From Candidatus Omnitrophota bacterium (GTDB lineage: Bacteria; Omnitrophota; Gorgyraeia; Zapsychrales; Zapsychraceae): DNA of 64,000 nt. Both the position numbers and the translations under genes were made by a program. Every line of letters starts with the position of its first letter. The stretch's first letter is position 1. This document shows positions 36,265 through 46,816 of this stretch, piece by piece. The stretch covers positions 55,051 through 119,050 of the forward strand of contig DATDQB010000017.1 in assembly GCA_035292445.1 (NCBI GenBank), in the 5' to 3' direction. The notes under the pieces are model-generated. The model was not told where the DNA came from and did no database searches. It saw nothing but the letters and a program-made list of their open reading frames with translations.

Positions 36265-39063
36265 ATGAACAACGATTACATAACCATCAAAGGGGCGAAA
36301 GAGCATAACCTCAAGAACATAAGCCTGAAGATCCCGCGCAACCAGTTTGTCGTTGTCACCGGCTTGAGCGGCTCGGGCAAATCTTCCTTGGCCTTTGACA
36401 CCATTTACGCCGAAGGCCAGCGCCGTTACGTGGAAAGCCTTTCAGCCTACGCCCGTCAATTCCTGGAACAACTGCAAAAGCCCAATGTCGAGTCGATCGA
36501 AGGGCTCTCGCCGACGATCGCCATCGAACAAAAAACGACCAGCCGCAACCCACGCTCGACCGTTGCCACGCAGACAGAGATCTATGATTACCTTCGCCTT
36601 TTGTTCGCCCGCGTGGGCGATGCGCATTGTCCCCACTGCGGCAAAAGGATCGAAAGCCAATCGGCCGAACAGATCGTCAACCAGATACTCGGGCGTAAAG
36701 AAAGCACGCCCATCACATTATTGGCCCCTTTGATCAAAGGGAAAAAAGGCGAATACCGTCAGATCCCCCAGCAGATCGCCAAAGCCGGTTTCGTCCGTTA
36801 CCGCGCTGACGGCAAAATATATGATGTCCAACAGCCGTTAAAGCTGGATAAATATAAGATCCACAACATCGAAATCGTGGTCGACCGTTTGACCATTAAA
36901 CCCTCGATCAAGAAAAGGCTCACGGATTCGGTTGAAACCGCCCTGAAGATCGGAGGCGGCATCCTCTTGGTCAACTATGATAATGCCTCATCCGAAGAAA
37001 CCTTTAGCGAGAAGAATGTCTGTCCCAGTTGTTCCTTCAGCATCCCCGAGATCGAACCAAGGCTTTTTTCCTTTAACTCTCCTTACGGTGCCTGCCCGGG
37101 CTGCAACGGACTTGGAACACGCCAGGAGATCGACCCGGCCTTGCTCGTTCCGGATGAAACAAAAGCCTGGGTCAACGCCATAGCACCCGCCAAAAGAGGA
37201 CGAAGGGGATATCTCATGTATTACCGCGCGGTCATGCGGGAATTCGCTGATCTTTACGATACAGATCCCTACGTTCCTTATAATGAACTGAAAAAAGATT
37301 TCCGACAGAAAATCCTCTACGGCAGCAACGATGAGGTTTGGGGTAAACCTTACGAAGGGGCCATCCCCTACATGGAACGGATGTTCAAAGAAACCGACAG
37401 CGACTGGCTGAAAGACGAGATCAACCGGTACATGTCGGAGTTGCCTTGCCCGGCTTGCAATGGTGCCAGGTTAAAAAAAGAAGCCTTGTCGGTGAAAATC
37501 AATAAAACGAACATCAACGATGTCAGCCGCACCTCGATCAAAGATGCCAAAGCCTTCTTCGCCTCGCTTGAACTGACCAAGGAAAAAAAGAAGATCGCCC
37601 AGGAGATCCTGAAGGAGATCGCCCGCCGGCTGGATTTTTGCATCAACGTAGGCCTGGATTACCTGACGCTGGACCGTAAAAGCGCGACCCTTTCCGGCGG
37701 GGAGGCCGAACGGATCCGGCTGGCGACCCAGGTCGGTTCGGGTTTGGTCGGCGTCATTTATATCCTGGATGAGCCCAGCATCGGCCTTCACCAAAAAGAT
37801 AATGAAAGGCTTTTGACAACGCTGCACTCGTTGCGGGATTTGGGCAACACGCTGTTGGTCGTTGAGCATGATGAAACCACCATCCGCAAGGCCGATTACG
37901 TCATCGATCTGGGGCCCGGCGCCGGGGAACTCGGCGGGGAGGTCGTTTACGCGGGGCCTGTGGCCGGCATGCTCAAGTCTTCCAAGTCGCCGACAGGCAT
38001 GTATTTAAGCGGCAGAAAAACCATTCCCCTGCCGCCTCACAGGCGGCCCATCGATGGCGACAAACAATTAAAAATTTTCGGCGCCGAAGAAAATAACCTT
38101 AAAAAAATCGACGTGACCGTTCCCCTGGGCACTTTCACGTGCATCACCGGCGTATCCGGCTCAGGAAAATCGACGTTGGTGGATGAGGTCCTCTACAAAG
38201 GGCTGGCCCAAAAACTCTATCATTCCAAAGAAAAACCCGGTAAACATAAACGCATCGAAGGGTTGGAGCACATCGACAAAGTCATTGTGGTGGACCAGTC
38301 TCCGATCGGGCGCACGCCGCGCTCCAATCCGGCCACGTATACCGGCGTGTTCAGTTACGTCCGGGATTTATTTTGCCGGCTGCCGGAAGCGCGCATGCGC
38401 GGCTATAAACCGGGACGCTTCAGTTTTAACGTCAAAGGCGGCCGTTGTGAAACATGTAAAGGCGACGGTATCCTCAAGATCGAAATGCATTTCCTCCCGG
38501 ATGTTTACGTGGAATGCGAAACATGCCACGGTAAACGTTTTAACGAGCAAACCCTCCAGATACGCTATAAAGAAAAGAACATCGCTGAGATCCTCGATTG
38601 CTCTGTCATCGAAGCCATGGAGCTGTTTGCCAACATCCCCCGCATCAAACGTATCCTTGACACCATCAACGACGTCGGCCTGGGATACATCAAATTGGGG
38701 CAGTTCGCGACGACTCTTTCCGGGGGCGAAGCCCAACGCGTCAAATTGGCCAGCGAGTTATGCAAGACATCGACCGGAAAGACCCTGTATATCCTTGATG
38801 AACCCACCACGGGCTTGCATTTTGCCGATGTGGATAAATTATTGAGCGTCTTGCAGCGCCTCGTGGACAAAGGGAACACCGTGCTGGTGATCGAGCATAA
38901 CCTGGAAGTTATCAAGAACGCCGATTACATCATCGATCTGGGCCCCGAAGGTGGAGACAAGGGAGGGACTGTTGTCTTTGCCGGATCTCCAAAGGCTCTG
39001 ATCAGGAATAAAGCGTCCCATACCGCCCGTTATCTCAAACCTCTTTTAAAGGACGGCTCTTAA
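36265..39063 (+). CDS. uvrA: Excinuclease ABC subunit A
   Basis: Two ABC ATPase domains ([23 protein letters not shown]) and zinc fingers. Confidence 0.98.
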   Translation: MNNDYITIKGAKEHNLKNISLKIPRNQFVVVTGLSGSGKSSLAFDTIYAEGQRRYVESLSAYARQFLEQLQKPNVESIEGLSPTIAIEQKTTSRNPRSTVATQTEIYDYLRLLFARVGDAHCPHCGKRIESQSAEQIVNQILGRKESTPITLLAPLIKGKKGEYRQIPQQIAKAGFVRYRADGKIYDVQQPLKLDKYKIHNIEIVVDRLTIKPSIKKRLTDSVETALKIGGGILLVNYDNASSEETFSEKNVCPSCSFSIPEIEPRLFSFNSPYGACPGCNGLGTRQEIDPALLVPDETKAWVNAIAPAKRGRRGYLMYYRAVMREFADLYDTDPYVPYNELKKDFRQKILYGSNDEVWGKPYEGAIPYMERMFKETDSDWLKDEINRYMSELPCPACNGARLKKEALSVKINKTNINDVSRTSIKDAKAFFASLELTKEKKKIAQEILKEIARRLDFCINVGLDYLTLDRKSATLSGGEAERIRLATQVGSGLVGVIYILDEPSIGLHQKDNERLLTTLHSLRDLGNTLLVVEHDETTIRKADYVIDLGPGAGELGGEVVYAGPVAGMLKSSKSPTGMYLSGRKTIPLPPHRRPIDGDKQLKIFGAEENNLKKIDVTVPLGTFTCITGVSGSGKSTLVDEVLYKGLAQKLYHSKEKPGKHKRIEGLEHIDKVIVVDQSPIGRTPRSNPATYTGVFSYVRDLFCRLPEARMRGYKPGRFSFNVKGGRCETCKGDGILKIEMHFLPDVYVECETCHGKRFNEQTLQIRYKEKNIAEILDCSVIEAMELFANIPRIKRILDTINDVGLGYIKLGQFATTLSGGEAQRVKLASELCKTSTGKTLYILDEPTTGLHFADVDKLLSVLQRLVDKGNTVLVIEHNLEVIKNADYIIDLGPEGGDKGGTVVFAGSPKALIRNKASHTARYLKPLLKDGS

Positions 39064-39077
39064 GCTTCTGTGCGAAA

Positions 39078-39105
39078 TTGCAAAAACAATCAAACCTGTT
39101 ATAAT
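39078..39105 (+). promoter_or_regulatory. Promoter 6 nt upstream of the TPR gene ATG (likely leaderless mRNA)
   Basis: TTGCAA-16-TATAAT with TGn; ATG at 39112. Confidence 0.65.
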
Positions 39106-39111
39106 AGGCGC

Positions 39112-41595
39112 ATGATGCGGCAATTACTTATATTAGCTTTACTATTTATATCTGTTAATTGGTCTCCATTACCGGCTTTCGCTCAAGAGGGCGACCGGGA
39201 ATTATTCCTGGTAGCTTCCAAAGCTTACGAGGACGGTTTTTATGATGTGGCCATCCGTTATATCGAGCAGCTTCTGAAAGATTATCCCAACACAGACAAA
39301 AAGATCCAGGCCAAGCTCCTTTTGGGCCAATGTTACTTTTTTAAAAGCCAATATTTGAAAGCCTATGATATCTTTAACGAATTGCTGGTATACACCGAAT
39401 TTAAGGACGCAACGCTTTTTTGGCTGGGGGAGACCTATCTTAAAGGCGCCGATTACAAACAGGCCGAGCGCCAGTACCGCGAGCTGGTCAGCTTCTATCC
39501 AACTTCCCTGTACACCCCGCAGGCCTATTATTCGCTGGGCTGGATTTATTTCGAACTAAACAACTATGCCCAAGCCAAAGAAATCTTCCAGAAACTCATC
39601 AATGATTTCCCCGACCATCCGCTAGGGGAAGACACGGCCTTTAAGATCGGCGAATGCGATTTTAATTCAAAAAATTATGAAGCTGCGATCTCTTATTTTA
39701 AGAACTTCCTTGAACGCTTTCCCAACACCACCCGCCAGGCGGAAGTGCATTTTTATATCGCCGAATCGTATTACTATCAAAACAACCCTCTTGAAGCGGT
39801 CACGTATTACGCCAAGGCAGCCGACGTCGCCTACGATAACAAACTGATCTTAATGGCCAAGGTGAGCCTCGGTTGGAGTTATCTGAAACTGGAAAAATAT
39901 CAGCTCTCCGAACAGCATTTTCAAGAAGCGTATGATTTTGCCAAAAGCAAAGGCATATTGACCGATGATGTGCTCTTGGGGCAGGCGAATTTGTATACAG
40001 AAACAAAAGAATATGAAAAAGCCCTGCAGGCGCATGACCAGCTGATCCAACAATTTCCCAACAGTCAAAGGATCGCCGACGCGTACTTAGGCAAGGCCAA
40101 CCTGCATTATCTGACGGGACAATATCCGCAGGCCATTCAAACCTATCAATCGCTCATCGAAAAGCTCAAGAACGACCCTTTGAAAAAAGAATTGCTGGAG
40201 AAGGCCTATTTTGGCCTGGCCTGGTCGCATCTTAAATCCGGCGACATTGACACCTCCATCAAAACCTTCGAGACCATCAGGACCGAAGCGAGCAACAATG
40301 TGGTGAAGATCAGCGCCCTGACGCAGATAGGCGACGCCTATCAGGACATCGGCGAATTTCAAAAGGCCATCCAGGTCTATGACCGGGTCCTCGAAGAATA
40401 CCCCAACAGCCCCTACACGGACTACGTGCAATACCGCCAAGGCATTGCCTTGTTGAAAATGGACAAGATCGATGCCGCCACGTTATCTTTCCAAAGCCTC
40501 CAGGCCAATTTTCCTAACAGTAAATACTTGACCGACATCAAATATTATCTGGCCGTGGCTTACTTCAAGAAAAACGATTGGGCCATGGCCAGCACCTATA
40601 TCAATGAATTTATTTTAAATTTGCCCAAAGATAACGAGTTTCTGGCGGAGGCCCATTATATCCTGGCTTTATCATTCTACAACCTGGAAGAATATAAAAA
40701 GGCCGAACAGGTCTTTGAAAAGATCATCAAAAATTTCCCTCAACAAAGAAACATGATCCAAAGCGCCGACATCTTTATCGCCAAATGCCAGTATAAAACA
40801 GGAGACGTCAAAGAGGCCCTGAAAAAATTCAAATTACTTATCCATACTTACCCGCAAACGGAAGTCGCCCAGGATGCCCTCCTTTGGCTGGGTGACCATT
40901 ATTTGGAAGCGGGAGAATATGATGCGGCGATCAGCCATTACCATGAATTCATCAAAGAATTCCCCGGCAGCGATAAGCTGGAGCTGGTTTATTATGAGCT
41001 GGGCCAAGCCTATCAGGCCCGTGGAGAATACGACAAGGCCATCAACATCCTCAAACAGATTCAACCCTTCAAAGACCGTGTGCTCTATGCCAAAGCGAGT
41101 TTGGCCATTGCCGATATTTTCTCTAAGGAACTGGATCCCCAATCCGCCATCGAGACGTATCAAAATATTATTGAAGGCTCTCCCGAATTCAAGCGCGACG
41201 CTTACGTGAAAATTGCCGATGTCCATAAGTCGACCAAACAGTTCTCCCAGGCCATCGAAGCCTACAGGGAAGCTTTAAAGGCCGAAAAAAAACACAGCAA
41301 GTTAAAAGACGTGGAATTGCAGTTTCAAATAGGCGATACATATGAACTGGCCAATCAGTCGGAAACAGCTATTCAGGAGTACCTAAAAATACCTTATCTC
41401 TACGTCAATGAAACGGTGTGGATCATCAAAGCGTACCTGCGCATCGCGCGGATTTTCGAAGACCATGAAAAATGGGAAGAAGCTGTACTGACGTACAAGA
41501 AAGTATTACAATACGAAACAGAAGAGCGCATCTTCGCTCAAGAGCGGTTGGATTGGATTAAAGAAAATACTTCCGCCGATATAACCAAGAATTAA
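39112..41595 (+). CDS. Secreted long TPR-repeat protein (CpoB/BamD-like repeats)
   Basis: Signal peptide ending AFA-Q, then TPRs along the whole length. Confidence 0.88.
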   Translation: MMRQLLILALLFISVNWSPLPAFAQEGDRELFLVASKAYEDGFYDVAIRYIEQLLKDYPNTDKKIQAKLLLGQCYFFKSQYLKAYDIFNELLVYTEFKDATLFWLGETYLKGADYKQAERQYRELVSFYPTSLYTPQAYYSLGWIYFELNNYAQAKEIFQKLINDFPDHPLGEDTAFKIGECDFNSKNYEAAISYFKNFLERFPNTTRQAEVHFYIAESYYYQNNPLEAVTYYAKAADVAYDNKLILMAKVSLGWSYLKLEKYQLSEQHFQEAYDFAKSKGILTDDVLLGQANLYTETKEYEKALQAHDQLIQQFPNSQRIADAYLGKANLHYLTGQYPQAIQTYQSLIEKLKNDPLKKELLEKAYFGLAWSHLKSGDIDTSIKTFETIRTEASNNVVKISALTQIGDAYQDIGEFQKAIQVYDRVLEEYPNSPYTDYVQYRQGIALLKMDKIDAATLSFQSLQANFPNSKYLTDIKYYLAVAYFKKNDWAMASTYINEFILNLPKDNEFLAEAHYILALSFYNLEEYKKAEQVFEKIIKNFPQQRNMIQSADIFIAKCQYKTGDVKEALKKFKLLIHTYPQTEVAQDALLWLGDHYLEAGEYDAAISHYHEFIKEFPGSDKLELVYYELGQAYQARGEYDKAINILKQIQPFKDRVLYAKASLAIADIFSKELDPQSAIETYQNIIEGSPEFKRDAYVKIADVHKSTKQFSQAIEAYREALKAEKKHSKLKDVELQFQIGDTYELANQSETAIQEYLKIPYLYVNETVWIIKAYLRIARIFEDHEKWEEAVLTYKKVLQYETEERIFAQERLDWIKENTSADITKN

Positions 41596-41623
41596 TCCGT
41601 AGAAAATATAAGGAGGAAGCCTC

Positions 41624-42277
41624 ATGGGTGGTATCTGGGAGATGAACGCATGGCATCTGATCAAAATTGGCGGCCCCATCATGGCCCCCATTCTGCTATG
41701 CTCGCTGTTTGCGTTGGGGATCGTCATCGAAAAACTGATTTATTTCGCTTCCATCAAAACAAACGTCCCTCAGCTCAAACAACAAGTCTTTGAGCTGGTG
41801 AAGAACAACAATATCAAAGAAGCGGTCCAGTTATGCGACCAGCATCACTCGCCCGTGGCCAAAATCCTTCGGGCCGGCCTGATTAAATACGGCTCTGCCC
41901 GGGAGGACATCAAAGAAAACATAGAAGATGTGAGCCTCTTTGAGGTTCCAAAACTGGAAAGCCGATTGAGCGCCCTGGCTACGATCGCGCATATTTCCCC
42001 GCTATTAGGTTTATTGGGAACTGTCACCGGCATGACCGCCAGTTTTCATACCATTCAAGTGCGGGCCGCCTCATTAAATCCGGTGACCCCGGGGGATTTG
42101 GCGGGAGGTATTGGAGAGGCCTTGATAACGACGGTGGCGGGTTTGATGGTTGCTATTCCGACCTTTGTCGCCTATAACTATTTTGTCAACCGCATCAATC
42201 ATTACGTCTTGGAAATGGAACGGGCCGCCACGGAACTGGTCAATTTTATGTGCCAAATTAGCGAAACGGGCAACTAA
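41624..42277 (+). CDS. MotA/TolQ/ExbB proton channel protein
   Basis: SPLLGLLGTVTGM, GIGEALITTVAGL.VAIP. Confidence 0.93.
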   Translation: MGGIWEMNAWHLIKIGGPIMAPILLCSLFALGIVIEKLIYFASIKTNVPQLKQQVFELVKNNNIKEAVQLCDQHHSPVAKILRAGLIKYGSAREDIKENIEDVSLFEVPKLESRLSALATIAHISPLLGLLGTVTGMTASFHTIQVRAASLNPVTPGDLAGGIGEALITTVAGLMVAIPTFVAYNYFVNRINHYVLEMERAATELVNFMCQISETGN

Positions 42278-42287
42278 GAGGCCGCTG

Positions 42288-42692
42288 GTGAGATTCAAAA
42301 GACGCACAAAATTAGAATACGGGCTGGAGCAAATCGACATCGCCCCTATGATCGATGTCATTTTCCTGCTGCTTATTTTCTTTATGCTCTCATCGTCATT
42401 TACCTTTGAATCGGGCATCAATGTCAAACTGCCTAAAGCCGTCACCAGCGATGTGATCAAAGAAGAAAATTTTATCATTACGATCACGGGGGAAGATGTG
42501 ATCTATCTCAATGATAAGATCACGACGATTAAAGACTTAAAGAAAATCCTAGAAGGCGCTAAGGACAAAACACGCCCCATCCTGATCAAGGCCGACCGAA
42601 GGGCATCCGTTGGCCGGATCGTCGATGTTTGGGACCTCTGCAGGAATTTAGGCATTGAAAAGGTCAATATTGCCACCAACCAAGAAAATTAA
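42288..42692 (+). CDS. ExbD/TolR family protein
   Basis: IAPMIDVIFLLLIFFM, LIKADR; GTG start with GAGG RBS. Confidence 0.92.
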   Translation: MRFKRRTKLEYGLEQIDIAPMIDVIFLLLIFFMLSSSFTFESGINVKLPKAVTSDVIKEENFIITITGEDVIYLNDKITTIKDLKKILEGAKDKTRPILIKADRRASVGRIVDVWDLCRNLGIEKVNIATNQEN

Positions 42693-43132
42693 TGAATGTC
42701 CCGCTATTCAATATTAAAAATTTACCCAGCAAGTCTTTTCTTTTATCCACCCTCATTCATGCTTGCGTTTTCAACACCTTTATCATTGTCTGGCCGCTCC
42801 TTCCCGAAGCTCACAAGCCCAATATCATTTTTTTAGGTTCAATTTTACAGGCATCGGACATATTGATGCAAACCCTTCCACCCAGTCAGCAAAACGGCAA
42901 ACCACCAAGCGGCATTTTTTTTTCCGCGCCGCAAAAAAATTTATTTGAATCTGGATTAGAAAAGCCCGTTGCCAAAAAAGATTATACGCCCCAGCAGAAA
43001 AAAACCCTTAAATCCACCTACGAAGACACTGAGCAAGAAGAGCAAGGAAAGCAAGAAATACCGCTCAAAGACATCACCATTAACACGCATCTTGAACCGT
43101 ATAAACCGCTACGGTTAAAAACGCATGATTAA
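42692..43132 (+). CDS. Short TonB/TolA-like membrane-anchored protein with no evident C-terminal TonB domain
   Basis: TM helix with S-x3-H (STLIH), a Pro/Lys/Gln-rich stalk, directly after exbD. Confidence 0.55.
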   Translation: MNVPLFNIKNLPSKSFLLSTLIHACVFNTFIIVWPLLPEAHKPNIIFLGSILQASDILMQTLPPSQQNGKPPSGIFFSAPQKNLFESGLEKPVAKKDYTPQQKKTLKSTYEDTEQEEQGKQEIPLKDITINTHLEPYKPLRLKTHD

Positions 43133-43391
43133 AATTGATTTGATTTTAGCGGTGGCCATTTATTGCTCCCTAAGCATCCTTCTTGTATTCGTGTTATGGG
43201 TATTCTATAATTATAATAAAGAAAAGCTCATCGGTAACGATTCGCTTCATTTGGAACAGTGCAATTTTTGTACCCATATTTTTTTTAATTACTTGGATAA
43301 AGAAATCGTCATATGCCCGTTATGTAAAAGTTATGTCCACACCGAAGGAGCCGCCGCAAAGAAGAATCACACGAAAGAGGGAAGAGGTTAA
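43125..43391 (+). CDS. Small membrane protein with a zinc ribbon
   Basis: N-terminal TM helix, then CNFC...CPLC. Confidence 0.7.
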   Translation: MIKIDLILAVAIYCSLSILLVFVLWVFYNYNKEKLIGNDSLHLEQCNFCTHIFFNYLDKEIVICPLCKSYVHTEGAAAKKNHTKEGRG

Positions 43392-43393
43392 TC

Positions 43394-43729
43394 ATGCTGA
43401 AAACCTTGCAGCGTAATGAGAATGGTATTGTCTTCGTGGCCGTTTTGATGATAATCGTTGTAATGATGGCCGTAACCGTCGGCATTATTGGCTTAAACGT
43501 GAGCCAAGTCACTTTCGCTGAGCAAGAAATCAAAAGAATTAAGGCCGAGCTTCTGGCTGTAGGCGCTTTGGCCTATACCTTTGCCAACCAAACCACCACC
43601 TCCGCCGCCAGTTCCATCACGCTCTCCGAGACCTTAGATGGCATTAGTTATCAGATAGACGCCGACATCACTAGCCCCGGCACAGGCCCCAACGGCTCCA
43701 GCCCTCTGACCATCGTTGTAGACTATTAA
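43394..43729 (+). CDS. PilX/GspK-like minor pilin
   Basis: NENG|IVFVAVLMII: class III-like signal lacking Glu5. Confidence 0.65.
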   Translation: MLKTLQRNENGIVFVAVLMIIVVMMAVTVGIIGLNVSQVTFAEQEIKRIKAELLAVGALAYTFANQTTTSAASSITLSETLDGISYQIDADITSPGTGPNGSSPLTIVVDY

Positions 43730-43788
43730 AAAGACGGCTTAGAGCTACATCAATTCTGGACCCTTTCAGCAAATAATCTCTTAAGCGA

Positions 43789-43825
43789 TTGACAAGGTAA
43801 GTTCATTATAGTTTAATGAAGTTTA
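43789..43825 (+). promoter_or_regulatory. Promoter with three 10-bp-phased AGTT(C/T)A direct repeats
   Basis: TTGACA 43789-43794, TTTAAT 43812-43817; repeats at 43800, 43810 and 43820. Confidence 0.5.
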
Positions 43826-43889
43826 GATAAAAATATTATTATCTTAAATATTTGATTGGTTTTTGTAACTGAAAAAGGGGCAAGGGGAT

Positions 43890-44072
43890 ATGAAAAATCT
43901 GCTTGATGTGGACGATCTCGCCAGTTACTTAAAACTAAGAAAACAAACCATTTACAACTGGTTAAATCAACGAAAGATTTCGGGAATGAAAATCGGTGGT
44001 GTCTGGCGTTTCGACAAATCCGAAATCGATAAGTGGCTCAGGTCAAAAGCGCGAAAAGTGAGCAATCAATAA
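43890..44072 (+). CDS. Stand-alone excisionase/MerR-like (HTH_17) DNA-binding protein
   Basis: LLDVDDLASYLKLRKQTIYNW...KIGGVWRFDKSEIDKWL. Confidence 0.88.
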   Translation: MKNLLDVDDLASYLKLRKQTIYNWLNQRKISGMKIGGVWRFDKSEIDKWLRSKARKVSNQ

Positions 44073-44075
44073 GCC

Positions 44076-45644
44076 ATGGCCGATGTCAAGAAAAAACAAT
44101 TAGGCATCTTCTGGGATTATCAAGGTTTATATTTTGTGGAAACCGAACAAGCCCAGGCAAAAAAAATCATTTCCATTCCTATAGCGGCTGAAATTCTCAA
44201 GAAGGCCGAAAACAACCCCTTGTCGCCTGATGGATCAAAAGTCATTACCACCATCCAGGATATATTAAGAAAAAATAAAATGACCAACAACGTGGTCCAT
44301 TTGTCTTTACCTTCGCGTGATATCATTTTTCGTTCCTTCCTCATCCCCTGGATGCAATCCAAAGAAATCAAAAGCGTAGTCGAGTTTGAAGCGACCAAAT
44401 ATATCCCTTTTACGCTCAAAGAATTAGCCTATTCATATCACGCCATGAATTTGATGGAAGGGAGCGCCCGGCGGTTACGGGTTGTTTTTGTTGCTATTAA
44501 GAAAGACACCCTGAGCCGCTATACCAAGCTCCTGGACGAAGCCGCCTTAAATGTCCAATTGGCCGAGCCGGCCCCTTTAAGTTTGATCCGCAGCCTAGTC
44601 CACAAAGAACGCCTTCAAACCAATCAAACCACCGCCATCATCGATAAAAGGGAAAAGATCGGAAAAATTGTCATCGTACAGGGAAATACGCCTCTGTTTG
44701 TCCGCGAATTCCCTTTGATGATTTCTTCCAATCCGGCTCTTGACGCCAGTGTCGAGGCGGCGGAACTTCTGCGGCTAACCAATGAAGTGCGCATTTCTTT
44801 GGACTATTTTAACCGTCAGGAAAAAAGCGTTAAAGTGGAAAAAATCATCTTCTTAAGCCCTAATGAACAAAATGAATTTGCCAAAGCATTGGAAGAAGAT
44901 TTGGAGATGTCTATGGAGATTATCAGCTGTTCCTCCATCTTGAATAATGACGAAATCAAAGACACGCATTTTATTAACGCCTATGGGGCCGGTCTGAAAA
45001 ATGACGTGAACCTGGAGATTAACTTCGATCTGTCTAAGGATAAACCTCAAACAGTCAGCATTTCACGCCAAACGTTCCAAAAGAACTTCAACATTAAAGA
45101 AGTCCTCCCAACAGCATTCACTTGTTTGCTGATTTCTTTCCTGGCTATCGGTTCATCGAAATTCTTTATAAACAAACAAAAAAATGAGTTAACAAACTTA
45201 TATCAGAGACTTGGGCCCTCAAAAGATATTTCTATCGATATGTTGAATTCTGGTAATGATGGCCTCCAAAAAAAACTTAATGCTTATAAAAGCATTCGTT
45301 TGAAAAGTGACATCACTTTCTTCCTAGCCGCGATCGCTCAACTACTCCCCGAGGGGGCTTGGGTCAACGGCGTCAACTTTTCCATTCAAGATATTCCGCA
45401 ACCACCAAGCACCGACCCACAAACCGCTGCGCCAAAACCGGCGTTCAAAACGACCATGGAACTTACGGGCTTGGCCTATTCGCCACAAAAGAAAGATCAA
45501 TTTCAACAAATCAACAGCCTTCTTCAAGCAATAAAGGACAACGAAAGATTTAATGAATATTTCCCAGATATTAAACTTGAAGATGTTCGTTCACAATTTG
45601 TCGAAGGATATGAAGTCACGGCATTTATAATAAGGTTTCAATAA
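44076..45644 (+). CDS. PilM-PilN fusion (GspL-like)
   Basis: PilM-like N-terminal region (FEATKYIPF, VVFVAIKK, EVRISLDYF), a TM helix, then a PilN-like region (LPEGAWV, LTGLA). Confidence 0.75.
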   Translation: MADVKKKQLGIFWDYQGLYFVETEQAQAKKIISIPIAAEILKKAENNPLSPDGSKVITTIQDILRKNKMTNNVVHLSLPSRDIIFRSFLIPWMQSKEIKSVVEFEATKYIPFTLKELAYSYHAMNLMEGSARRLRVVFVAIKKDTLSRYTKLLDEAALNVQLAEPAPLSLIRSLVHKERLQTNQTTAIIDKREKIGKIVIVQGNTPLFVREFPLMISSNPALDASVEAAELLRLTNEVRISLDYFNRQEKSVKVEKIIFLSPNEQNEFAKALEEDLEMSMEIISCSSILNNDEIKDTHFINAYGAGLKNDVNLEINFDLSKDKPQTVSISRQTFQKNFNIKEVLPTAFTCLLISFLAIGSSKFFINKQKNELTNLYQRLGPSKDISIDMLNSGNDGLQKKLNAYKSIRLKSDITFFLAAIAQLLPEGAWVNGVNFSIQDIPQPPSTDPQTAAPKPAFKTTMELTGLAYSPQKKDQFQQINSLLQAIKDNERFNEYFPDIKLEDVRSQFVEGYEVTAFIIRFQ

Positions 45645-45648
45645 AGCC

Positions 45649-46290
45649 ATGGACATCCGAAAAGCCATAGAAAAACTCAACAGCATCGATGCCAAAGATT
45701 TCAAGAACATCGATTTCTCAAAATTAAAAGAATTCGACTTGGCGCGCATCAAAGAAGAGCTGGTTACAAAACCCAAATTGCTCATCAATACCATTTTTAT
45801 CTTTACGGCCATCGCCACCGCCATTCATAGCCTTTCAGGTTATCAACTAGAGGGGCGTACAACCAAAACGGAAGTAACTGAAATGAAGCAGCGGCTCAAC
45901 ATCCTTGAGCAGAACAGCGCCTTACAGGCGGAATATAACCAATTTTTGGCTGATTTTCCCGAATCCATCCCCAACAATCAAATGATCGGGAAGATTTCGG
46001 AATTTGCCGAGGCCTCCCATGTCAATATCATTTCGTTTTCGCCAACACAACCGTCACAACCACAAGAAACCGAATATACTTTAGAGTATGTTATCAGCTT
46101 AAACGTGAGCGTCCAATCTTATCAAGACCTGGTGGATTTTGTCCATGCTCTTGAAACATCAAATTACGTTTTGCGCATCGATAAATGGAACATCCACCCA
46201 CAAAGGACAATTGAATCAAAAAAAGGAAAAGGGGAGGTTCCTTTAGACGTGCACATGGAAATCATTTCCATCCATTTAAAAGATGTCTAA
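45649..46290 (+). CDS. PilO/GspM-like protein
   Basis: TM helix, coiled coil, SYQDLVDFVHALE; position in the pilMNOPQ order. Confidence 0.7.
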   Translation: MDIRKAIEKLNSIDAKDFKNIDFSKLKEFDLARIKEELVTKPKLLINTIFIFTAIATAIHSLSGYQLEGRTTKTEVTEMKQRLNILEQNSALQAEYNQFLADFPESIPNNQMIGKISEFAEASHVNIISFSPTQPSQPQETEYTLEYVISLNVSVQSYQDLVDFVHALETSNYVLRIDKWNIHPQRTIESKKGKGEVPLDVHMEIISIHLKDV

Positions 46291-46816
46291 ACATTATCGT
46301 TCATGGCTTATTATTGGCTTAAGTTGCGTGCTGGTGCCTTGGGTTTTGGCCCAAGAAGAACCGCTGACTAAAATTTCACCAAAGAAAGAAGAAAATGCCC
46401 CTCAGATAAAACGCAATCCATTTACCTCTCAAATACCTGTCAAAGAAGAGATTACAGTGACGGAAGGAATAAAAAATGAAGATATCGAAATTGTCGAGGA
46501 AATACCGAAACCCATTACCGATATCATCCCCAACATGCCCGTGCAACCTATTGAGGTAAAGGTGAGTACTCCCAAACTAAACATTACCGGCCTTATCTGG
46601 AACTCAGACAGGCCTCAAGCCATCGTCAACGGCAACATTGTCGGGGTGGGGGATCGCCTTTTCGGCGTCCCATCGGATTCAGGGGAAGTGATCCCTGAAA
46701 TAACAATCGAAGACATTACCAATGAAGGCTTATTGGTGTCTTTCGCCAGTAAAACCATTGTCCTTAGACCTGTAATCGAAGAAACGCCTCAAGCAAAAAA
46801 GGAGAAAAAAAGATGA
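46283..46816 (+). CDS. PilP/GspC-like protein
   Basis: Signal/TM segment, RNPF, LNITGLIWNSDRPQAIVNG. Confidence 0.65.
   Translation: MSKHYRSWLIIGLSCVLVPWVLAQEEPLTKISPKKEENAPQIKRNPFTSQIPVKEEITVTEGIKNEDIEIVEEIPKPITDIIPNMPVQPIEVKVSTPKLNITGLIWNSDRPQAIVNGNIVGVGDRLFGVPSDSGEVIPEITIEDITNEGLLVSFASKTIVLRPVIEETPQAKKEKKR

Noticed and set aside
39070-39111. Annotated upstream starts for the TPR gene (also exbD 42150, pilin 52501, argJ 22076, bcp 9800, SDR 12907)
   Set aside because: The extensions overlap promoters or upstream genes; downstream starts fit RBS, promoter or homology better.
43890-44072. Excisionase as a sign of a prophage or integrative element
   Set aside because: No integrase, att-like repeats, tRNA or phage genes; the gene is embedded in the pilus operon.
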